Source: Candidatus Saccharimonadales bacterium (GTDB lineage: Bacteria; Patescibacteriota; Saccharimonadia; Saccharimonadales; UBA4665). Taken from it: a stretch of DNA of 64,000 bases. Below, one piece after another: positions 45,383-52,892 of this stretch. Under the pieces are notes generated by a model that worked only from the letters and a program-made list of their open reading frames with translations, had not been told where the DNA came from and made no database searches. The stretch lies in NCBI GenBank assembly GCA_036388555.1, contig DASVRP010000008.1, forward strand, positions 91,609-155,608, given 5' to 3'. Each line of letters opens with the position of its first letter. Within the stretch, counting starts at the first letter, position 1. The position numbers were made by a program, and so were the translations under genes.

Positions 45383-46780
45383 TTACGGCAGCACCGTCGC
45401 GGTGTAGGTCACCGTGTTCTGGTAATTGCCGGCAGGCAGTGACAGCGGTACGTCGAGCCGGTACTGGCTGCCTATGATGTCCTTGACGCCGCCGCTATAA
45501 CCGGATCGGCTGTACATGGTCGTGGCCGATCCCGGCAGCTGGGCATACTTGTAGTTCGGCCCGGTGCCCCACTTGGCATCCAGCGACGGCGCACTGGTCA
45601 GCGCAAATCCCAGGCCCTTTGTCGTGCCCTCCGTCCACAGCGCCGGCGTCCCGATCGATCCGCCTATCGGGCTGATGGTGTTGCCGCCGCTAGTCAACGG
45701 CTGGTTCTGCGAGATAGCCAGCGTATAGCCCGGCGCATCGGTCTGCACGATGGCGCGGGCCGCAACACTGACAGACGTGTTCGGCACCAGGTCCGCGAAG
45801 CTCAGCGAGCTGGCCAGGCCGGCGTTCTGGGCGGCGTATTCACGAGCGGCGTCCTTGTCGCTGAAGGCCTTGTCAAATACTTTGACTTCGTCTATCAACC
45901 CGTTGAACGAGTTGGAGAAATCATACTGTGCTCCGACGTTGATTTCACCGCCGCCACCCGGATTCGTCGTGTCTATGGACGCCGATGCTTCCGGCTGGCC
46001 ATCGACATATAGCCGCAGCGACCCGCCCGGACGGTCAATCACTCCCAGGACATGATGCCAGGCGCTGTTATTATAGACCGTGCCGCTACTGGTCGCCGCG
46101 TAATAGGTCGGTCCGGTACAGCTGTTTGGCCCCGAGGAAAATTCGAGGCTGATATTCCCCTGCGTATCCATAGACATCATCCAGCCTTTGCAGTTACCAT
46201 TCTTCCAGACAATGTATGATTTCTGGGATTGCGTTCCAGCCTTGATCCAGGCACTCACCGTACGGGCCTGGCCAGGTTCGGCATCGAGTACAGCATGGTT
46301 TCCTCCGTGCGCTAACTGCGTGGTTCCATTCAGGCTGAGCGCCTGGCCGAGCTTGCCGACCACCCGGCTGGGGCTACCGACAGTTGTCGCGTCGAGGGCG
46401 CCGCTGGCATTGTCGAACAGCTTGGTGCCCGTCGGTTCGTCCATAGGATAATGCAGCAGCAGGCTGGCCGGATGGACATTGAGCTGGATCGATTTCTCGA
46501 GTTGCGATACAAATCCAGAACCCAGCTTGTAACTGCCAGCTGATCCGTCACCCGTGACGGCTTCGCCACCGCTTGAGACCATTTTGTAGCTCGCAGAGCT
46601 GGTCGGGCCGCCGAAGCTGTTGCCGACGCCGGCGTCTATCTTATAGCTGGAGCTGTTATAGCTCTCGGCCGCTGCCAGGCCAGGAAACACAGCGGCACCT
46701 AGCAGACCCAGCGCGGCGATAGCCAGAACGGCTTTTGCCGCATCAACGCTGCCATATAAAACTCCCGTGACAACTCTCAT
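45383..46780 (-). CDS. Secreted protein: SYK-repeat N-terminus + LamG domain + WxL-like C-terminal domain
   Basis: 465-aa ORF. The LamG domain ends FNGLIDEVKVFDKAF. The C-terminus reads AGNYQNTVTYTATVLP, the same motif as the two 199-aa proteins. Confidence 0.6.
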   Translation of the reverse strand: MRVVTGVLYGSVDAAKAVLAIAALGLLGAAVFPGLAAAESYNSSSYKIDAGVGNSFGGPTSSASYKMVSSGGEAVTGDGSAGSYKLGSGFVSQLEKSIQLNVHPASLLLHYPMDEPTGTKLFDNASGALDATTVGSPSRVVGKLGQALSLNGTTQLAHGGNHAVLDAEPGQARTVSAWIKAGTQSQKSYIVWKNGNCKGWMMSMDTQGNISLEFSSGPNSCTGPTYYAATSSGTVYNNSAWHHVLGVIDRPGGSLRLYVDGQPEASASIDTTNPGGGGEINVGAQYDFSNSFNGLIDEVKVFDKAFSDKDAAREYAAQNAGLASSLSFADLVPNTSVSVAARAIVQTDAPGYTLAISQNQPLTSGGNTISPIGGSIGTPALWTEGTTKGLGFALTSAPSLDAKWGTGPNYKYAQLPGSATTMYSRSGYSGGVKDIIGSQYRLDVPLSLPAGNYQNTVTYTATVLP

Positions 46781-46810
46781 GCTTATCCCAGTCTAGCAAA
46801 TATCCAGCGC

Positions 46811-47650
46811 TTACACCACAAACGGTATGACGACCAGCAGAGCGCCGGCTATCCGCACGGCTGACAGCGGATGCCTGGTGCGTCCGGTCCATCGATTCAA
46901 AAATCCACGCTGCAGTAATACCGGCAGCAATGTTAACACAAACAGCCCTACGAGAACCGACAACGCCTTGGCAGTGTCGGCCGACCTGGTGGTGCTGCCG
47001 GTGCTCGTGCCATCTCCGGCTTCACCGCGCAGTATCTTTTCCAGGAAATCCGGCACCAGCGGGTTATTTGGACCAGCCGTTAGGGCTGCCTGGGCATCCC
47101 CCTGGCCTGCTACGCCCTGCTGCTGCGTTACCGCCGTTCCCTGGGGCCGGTTTGATGCCTGCCCGCCGGCCGGCAGACTCGTCGCGGTATCAGATCCGGT
47201 GCCCGGATTGAGCTGCGGGTGATAACTGATGACGACACTATCCTCATGTGTCTGCTGGCCGCAACTGTCCGAAGCGACCAGCTTGATGGTGTGTGTTCCC
47301 GGCTCCACTGAGACATCGATTGCGAACGTCTTCCCGCCCATACTGATGGCTGTCGTCGTACTGTACTGCCCGTCGACATAGACATTGATCTGCGAAATAC
47401 TGAACACGGTGCCTTCGACCTTCACGACCGGATCAGCTACCGTGCTGTCGCTCAGCGGCTTGGTGATACTGACACCCGATTCGTTCCCCTGCGGACAGAC
47501 CATGACCTCGATGCGCGATCCCTTCACTTCCTGGGCGGCAGCTGTCTGTCCGATGACGAGCGCCGTCAGTAATACCAGCACCATCACACCGGTCAGGCGA
47601 TAGACCAGCCTAGCGGCGCGATTTGCGATTGCGATAGCTTCGCAGCGCAT
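46811..47650 (-). CDS. Ig-like-domain membrane protein
   Basis: 279-aa ORF with a signal peptide, an Ig-like segment (VKVEGTVFSISQINVYVDGQY...GTHTIKLVASD), a low-complexity linker and two C-terminal hydrophobic segments. Confidence 0.5.
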   Translation of the reverse strand: MRCEAIAIANRAARLVYRLTGVMVLVLLTALVIGQTAAAQEVKGSRIEVMVCPQGNESGVSITKPLSDSTVADPVVKVEGTVFSISQINVYVDGQYSTTTAISMGGKTFAIDVSVEPGTHTIKLVASDSCGQQTHEDSVVISYHPQLNPGTGSDTATSLPAGGQASNRPQGTAVTQQQGVAGQGDAQAALTAGPNNPLVPDFLEKILRGEAGDGTSTGSTTRSADTAKALSVLVGLFVLTLLPVLLQRGFLNRWTGRTRHPLSAVRIAGALLVVIPFVV

Positions 47651-48533
47651 ATACAGCTCCGGCTGCCAGTGTTAGTAATGCCACGACGACGAACCATAGC
47701 GGCGCGATCAGCAGAAAGCCGCTGTTCTGGTGCTTCTGGTCGAGAAATGAGACATTTTGAGATACCCTGAAGATACCGAAGCCGGGTGCCTGCTTCCAGT
47801 ACATATCTATCCGCCGGGTCGTTTCGGGCAGCACGATCGGGTCACCGGTGTACGAGAATTTCTGGCGACCGAAGAGGTCCCGGGCGACCGTGCTGACGGT
47901 CGCATCAAAGTCAGCATTACCGGTGTTGGAAACCCGTGCGGCGCTGACCACCGGCGGACGGGCCTGCCACTTCGGCAGTATGAAGCCTTCAAGGCGTCCT
48001 TCGTTCCGGACCGTTCCGTTTACGGTCGCGTACATCAGGTTGCCGACCCGCTTCTGCCGGGCAACGCCGCTGGATCCGATCTCACGCTGCTGCGTCTCAG
48101 CGAAGAGCACGCCGTAGTGTCCACCCGGTGCGGCACCGGCTGGCACGCGGATTGTATAATTGACCGTTACTTTCTGGCCGGGTTCAACGCGGTATCGGGC
48201 CTTCTCGAATTGCACCCAGTTGTGCAGGTCGGTGTTCGGCCGGACGACACTGAAGTTCGGATCGTACTGCTCATTGCTGACGCTGTACGGCCGGGCATAG
48301 ACAGCAAAATCATAGCCGACGTCGCCGTCATTGATAATGTCCATGCTGTCGCGTCTGACGTCTCCGGCATTGATCTTGAATGATTCAGACGACGGTGATG
48401 CCGTGATACTTTCGCGCTCTGCATCACCTTGCTGGGCGACGGCGGATTGGCTTATGAGCAATATACTGAGAATGCTGCACGCCATGACGGCTATCGTAGA
48501 CCAATTAGCAGTGAGTCGTCTCCGGTACATCAT
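47610..48533 (-). CDS. DUF916/DUF3324-like (WxL-interacting, CscA-like) cell-surface protein
   Basis: 307-aa ORF with a signal peptide, FKINAGDVRRDSMDIINDGD, PGGHYGVLFAE, a second beta-sandwich region, a C-terminal TM segment (LWFVVVALLTLAAGAVYAL) and a basic tail (RSYRNRKSRR). Confidence 0.65.
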   Translation of the reverse strand: MMYRRRLTANWSTIAVMACSILSILLISQSAVAQQGDAERESITASPSSESFKINAGDVRRDSMDIINDGDVGYDFAVYARPYSVSNEQYDPNFSVVRPNTDLHNWVQFEKARYRVEPGQKVTVNYTIRVPAGAAPGGHYGVLFAETQQREIGSSGVARQKRVGNLMYATVNGTVRNEGRLEGFILPKWQARPPVVSAARVSNTGNADFDATVSTVARDLFGRQKFSYTGDPIVLPETTRRIDMYWKQAPGFGIFRVSQNVSFLDQKHQNSGFLLIAPLWFVVVALLTLAAGAVYALRSYRNRKSRR

Positions 48534-48646
48534 CCACCTATTCTACATGTATGCCGCATACTGTCAATCATGCTTACGCTAAAACCGGACCCCCATGGTA
48601 TGGCGGATCCGGTTTTGTCAGGTGGCAGAAACGGTGTAGATAACCG

Positions 48647-49246
48647 TTATTTGACGGTTGCCGTGTACGTCACGGTGTCCTTGTAGACGCCGTTCGCTTT
48701 GCTCGTGTTTACTTTGACAGCATATTTCACTGTCGTGACCTGCGCACTTGCAGTGGCAGTCGTCGACCGGATGTTCTGTGCTGCACCGCTGATAGGCATG
48801 CCGGCGTATGTCGCAGTGCCACTGCCCCCGAAGGTGCCAAGGTCATCGACGCGCCAGCCCCATGCGTTGTCGCTCATGGCAGCAGGAGTACCGTATGTAC
48901 CGGAGGTTACCGCCAGCGAATCGCCGTTGCTAGTTGTGCCGTCGTCCTTGAAGCCGGCCATGGTAGCCGTGCCGTCAGCACTGCTGAGCGTCAGGTTGTA
49001 GCCGTCAGAGTCATTGGAATCAACTGTGACGGTGTCACTAGCATTGGCAGATGTCGCCCCGGCTCCGGTCGGCGTGACCGATATGTTCACCGTACCCGAT
49101 GAAGTCACATTGATGACCGAAGCCACCGCCGCTTCCACTGAACTGTTAGCCGTAACGGCCGAAGCTCCGACTGGCACAGCTATGACAGCGGCCACGGCCG
49201 CTGCGACCGATAGATTAGCCAGCCGTCTGGCAGACAATCTCTTCAT
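48647..49246 (-). CDS. WxL-like secreted surface protein, tandem paralogue B
   Basis: 199-aa ORF with a signal peptide, DGYNLTLSSADGTATMAGFKDDG, AWGWRVDDLGTFG and the C-terminal GVYKDTVTYTATVK. Confidence 0.6.
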   Translation of the reverse strand: MKRLSARRLANLSVAAAVAAVIAVPVGASAVTANSSVEAAVASVINVTSSGTVNISVTPTGAGATSANASDTVTVDSNDSDGYNLTLSSADGTATMAGFKDDGTTSNGDSLAVTSGTYGTPAAMSDNAWGWRVDDLGTFGGSGTATYAGMPISGAAQNIRSTTATASAQVTTVKYAVKVNTSKANGVYKDTVTYTATVK

Positions 49247-49337
49247 ATTTTATCCTTGTTTTTATTTTTTAGGTGCAAAGTTAGTTTAACTAACATAAGC
49301 AGTATAGTCAACACCATCCCAGTTGCGACAAAACGGG

Positions 49338-49937
49338 TTACTTGGCCGTTGCCGTATATGTCACGGTATCTTTATAGACACCGTTCGGTTTGCTGGTATC
49401 GACTTTGACGGCGTATTTGACGGTCGTTACTTCGTTTGTAGCGGTAGCCGTGGTCGAGCGGATGTTCTGCGGTGAACTGTTCACCGGCATGCCGGCGAAG
49501 GTAGCCGTTCCCCCTGCACCGAATGTTCCGAGACTGTCGACACGCCAGCCCCATGAGTTGGCACTGAGTGCGGCTGGTGTCGCGTAGCTGCCGGTCGTAA
49601 CAGCCAGCGTCGCGCCGTTGCTGGTCACACCGTCGTCCTTGAAGCCAGCCATGGTAGCTGTGCCATCAGCACTACTGAGCGTCAGGTTGTAGCCATCAGC
49701 ATCGTTGGAGTTTACGGTGACGGTATCGCTGGCTGCGGTCGATTCAGCACCAGGCCCAGTCGGAGTTACGCTCAGCGCCACGGTACCCGATGATGTCACG
49801 GCAATCACGGACGATACCGTGGCCTCAATCGAGCTGCTGGCCGTCGCGGCCGATGCCCCAATGGGCGCTACTATTACAGCGGCCATTGCCGCCAACGCTA
49901 GATACTTACCTACCCGCTTACCAAATAACGATGTCAT
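49338..49937 (-). CDS. WxL-like secreted surface protein, tandem paralogue A
   Basis: 199-aa ORF, collinear with and highly similar to 48647-49246. Its C-terminus is GVYKDTVTYTATAK. Confidence 0.6.
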   Translation of the reverse strand: MTSLFGKRVGKYLALAAMAAVIVAPIGASAATASSSIEATVSSVIAVTSSGTVALSVTPTGPGAESTAASDTVTVNSNDADGYNLTLSSADGTATMAGFKDDGVTSNGATLAVTTGSYATPAALSANSWGWRVDSLGTFGAGGTATFAGMPVNSSPQNIRSTTATATNEVTTVKYAVKVDTSKPNGVYKDTVTYTATAK

Positions 49938-50020
49938 ATACAGTCACCTTTCTCGTTCCTTATGGTTAATAAGTATAGTAAGTAAAATAAGCGTAAGCGT
50001 CAAATAAATCGTCTATGTTA

Positions 50021-50527
50021 CTACATTAAACTAACGAGCTTGATGACCGTCACCAGGCTGAGCCACAGCCCCGCCCATGCCAGCACGTATTTTTGCCATT
50101 TGCCGGATAGTATCAGCAGCCCGAGTACGACATCGTGCAAACCGGTAAACATGACCATTTGCGGTATAAATCCCAGCATTGATGCCACTGGAAATGATTC
50201 CAACAGGTGTATGAAATCAGCCGGCTTGATCCAGGCAATCACGCCGTTGATCAAAAAGATAAAGGCAAAGCCGCCCCGGAATATACCTGACAGCGCCGCA
50301 TCGGACATCAGCCGCCGCTGCAGGGCTATCAGCCGATCACGGGCTGCGCGTCGGCTTGGACGCGCAGCAGCCGCAGCTGGCGGGCGGCCCCCTGCCAGCG
50401 ACAGTGCCTCCTCGACTGCTTCGGCCGGCCACTGCTGGGCGGCAAACAGCTCGCGGATAGCCTGATCACTCAGGCCACGGCCACGCTCTGTCGCTATATA
50501 TGTCAGTACTTCCTGAGGAATAGTCAA
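50021..50527 (-). CDS. Hypothetical membrane protein
   Basis: 168-aa ORF with a TTG start. The N-terminus is soluble and the C-terminal half has 3-4 TM segments. Confidence 0.45.
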   Translation of the reverse strand: MTIPQEVLTYIATERGRGLSDQAIRELFAAQQWPAEAVEEALSLAGGRPPAAAAARPSRRAARDRLIALQRRLMSDAALSGIFRGGFAFIFLINGVIAWIKPADFIHLLESFPVASMLGFIPQMVMFTGLHDVVLGLLILSGKWQKYVLAWAGLWLSLVTVIKLVSLM

Positions 50528-50586
50528 AATAATCGAACCATCTTTATGTTTGTGCTTACTAAAATTATACCATGACCGGTCAGCAG

Positions 50587-50706
50587 CTATTTTGCATAGT
50601 TCTGGACTATGGTCTTTACTCGCTGGTACGACGCCTCCGATGCATTGATTCCCGCAAAAATGACGGCCACCATGACAGCCGCTCCTACCAGAACTCTTAC
50701 TGACAT
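50587..50706 (-). CDS. Possible 39-aa hydrophobic micro-protein
   Basis: This ORF is below the track length cut-off. It reads MSVRVLVGAAVMVAVIFAGINASEASYQRVKTIVQNYAK*. The ATG lies 2 nt after the stop of the upstream glycosidase gene. Confidence 0.25.
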   Translation of the reverse strand: MSVRVLVGAAVMVAVIFAGINASEASYQRVKTIVQNYAK

Positions 50707-50707
50707 A

Positions 50708-52702
50708 TTACCAGGTCCATTTGCTGAGCAAGATAGCCATATCAGCTGCGCCTACCGTGCCGTCTTTATTGAGGTCAGCCGCCACACTGTTTTGACCGTC
50801 TGTGCCTATCAGCTGCGACAGATCGAGAGCATTGACCCGTCCATCACCATTGATGTCACCATTGTTAGCTACCGGAGGAATAGCTGTAGTCGTGACCGTG
50901 AATGCGATGTTGGAACCGTCATGGTATATTCCGGCGCTGTCCTGATAGGTTGCGTAAGCATACCAGGAGCCTACCGGGTCGGTGGCCAGGATAGTCCGAC
51001 TAGCCCTTACTGTCAGCGTTGCGCCCGCAGGGATAGTATAGGGACCTGGAGTCGTTGATGTGAAGTCAAAATACGGGCCGCTGGCATTTGATCCGCCAGG
51101 ACCGCGACCGGCTATCACAACGGTGTTGATAGTCACGGCCGTGCTGCCGGTATTCTTGTATGTCACCGTGCCGCCGATAGTCTGACCTACGGCTACAGAA
51201 GCCTTATCCAGCACCAATGGTGTCGATATGGTCACGGCGCCAGCTGCCGGGTTCGGGGTTGGGGTCGGTGCGGGCGTAGGGGTTGGAGTAGGAGTGGGCG
51301 CTGGGGGCGGAGGCGTCACGACGCCACCCGGCCTGACCACCATGACAGTGACCGACATCTTCGGCAGTGCTATCTGCTTTGCCGCCGTATTGGTGTAAGC
51401 GCCGTCAGGTAATTTAACCGGCTGATCGTACGGGGCGGCCTGATTCGTCTGATAGAGCGAATATGACCCGCCGCTTATACCTTTCAGGTTGAGCAAGACC
51501 GTCTTGCTGTCAGTTTCTGATTTATTGATGAGTACGATGTTATACCCACCAGCTTCGTTATTGACGGCGAATATCTCGCCGGTTGCATCATTTTCTGACA
51601 CATTGTAGATCGTGTCTTTATAATGAGGCCATATCTTACCCCCTGTCCAGGCGGCGATAGCCCAATAAGCCGGCATCGGACTGGACGCCGGACGGTTATC
51701 CGGATTAACGGCACCAGCTTCGACCATCACTCCAAGCGGCCCGTTCTGCGACGCATATGGTAGACCCCGGCCACCAGACTGTAGTATATGGCCCAGTGCG
51801 CTCGTCATCCATACCGTATTGACGGTTGTGAAGAAGCGATTATTGCCACCGGCAGTACCATCCTGGTATCGCCATGAGAAATTCAGCTCGTCAACGTTGA
51901 TAGGACGGTCCCCGAGGCCGAGAGAATGTAAATCGCTGCGGATCTCACTGATTTCACGGGCATAACTCGGAGTTTCCGACAGAGCTTGTGCGGTAGATAT
52001 TGAATTGCTTCCCATAGCATAATGATGATAATCAATACCTGCCAGATCCTGGCCTAATCCAGCTGCAAAAGTTCTCATGGTAGCACGGTCATAGTAGGCC
52101 CAGACCGGCCCCCAAATTCTGAAGTTCGGGTTGATCGCCTTGCCCTCCTGTACGATCATCTTGGCTTTGGCTATCTCATCCTGGATGGATTTGCCCTGGT
52201 TGCCTATTTCGTTCGGGGCACTGTAATCAATCGTATTCGCCGTACCTAACGCCTGTATGATCCTGGTGGCATCACCCGGTTCTATATCATAATCATTGGT
52301 GCGGCCGCCGAGCACTGCCAGTATACGATATCCCCAGGATTGATACAGTCTGACAAGGGCAGGCACATCGAGTGTAGTCGGGCCGCCGCCTGCCGAGCTG
52401 GTTACACGGTTATTCCGCCAGCCCACGGGAATACGGATATAGCGGGCATCAAGCTTCTGTTCAGCAGCACTTTGGGCCGGGCTGGACAATGGGTTGGCGC
52501 CGTAGGTCGAAGATCCGATGCCGATGTCGTAGGGGTCAACTTTGCGGATCGTACTACTGAAATCAGCCGTAGCGGCGACGCCAAGGTCGGCCGCATGCGA
52601 CTCTTTGGAATTCTTACTGCCGATATATGATGTCGCACCTCCAATCACTAACAGACTCACAACACTGGCTCCATACATTAAAAACTTTTTGGACATCATC
52701 AC
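50708..52702 (-). CDS. Secreted clan GH-A-like glycoside hydrolase + Ig-like domain + dockerin-like C-terminus
   Basis: 664-aa ORF with a signal anchor, a TIM-barrel-like region containing SAPNEIGNQG (NE motif), a PPPPAPTPTPTPTPAPTPTPNP linker, and dockerin loops DINGDGRVNALDLSQL and DLNKDGTVGAADMAILLSKWTW. Confidence 0.6.
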   Translation of the reverse strand: MMMSKKFLMYGASVVSLLVIGGATSYIGSKNSKESHAADLGVAATADFSSTIRKVDPYDIGIGSSTYGANPLSSPAQSAAEQKLDARYIRIPVGWRNNRVTSSAGGGPTTLDVPALVRLYQSWGYRILAVLGGRTNDYDIEPGDATRIIQALGTANTIDYSAPNEIGNQGKSIQDEIAKAKMIVQEGKAINPNFRIWGPVWAYYDRATMRTFAAGLGQDLAGIDYHHYAMGSNSISTAQALSETPSYAREISEIRSDLHSLGLGDRPINVDELNFSWRYQDGTAGGNNRFFTTVNTVWMTSALGHILQSGGRGLPYASQNGPLGVMVEAGAVNPDNRPASSPMPAYWAIAAWTGGKIWPHYKDTIYNVSENDATGEIFAVNNEAGGYNIVLINKSETDSKTVLLNLKGISGGSYSLYQTNQAAPYDQPVKLPDGAYTNTAAKQIALPKMSVTVMVVRPGGVVTPPPPAPTPTPTPTPAPTPTPNPAAGAVTISTPLVLDKASVAVGQTIGGTVTYKNTGSTAVTINTVVIAGRGPGGSNASGPYFDFTSTTPGPYTIPAGATLTVRASRTILATDPVGSWYAYATYQDSAGIYHDGSNIAFTVTTTAIPPVANNGDINGDGRVNALDLSQLIGTDGQNSVAADLNKDGTVGAADMAILLSKWTW

Positions 52703-52837
52703 GGTTTCACACTCTATTAGTCGTTATGCTTAAAGTGTATTTTACATTGTGCCATATAGCAATTTCACTCTCATATCCTCATCTGGCGGCTGCCGGTTTT
52801 AACCTGCATTATGCCAGTGACAGTCAACTGTCGCCAT

Positions 52838-52875
52838 GCATCAGAAAACCGCTCCAATGAGCGGTTTTCTGATGC
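52838..52875 (-). terminator. Strong hairpin terminator after nrdJ
   Basis: Perfect 17-bp stem GCATCAGAAAACCGCTC / GAGCGGTTTTCTGATGC with a 4-nt loop, 18 nt downstream of the nrdJ stop. U/A runs lie inside the stem, so it could act in both directions. Confidence 0.7.
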
Positions 52876-52892
52876 AGTGTATAGCGACTGGA

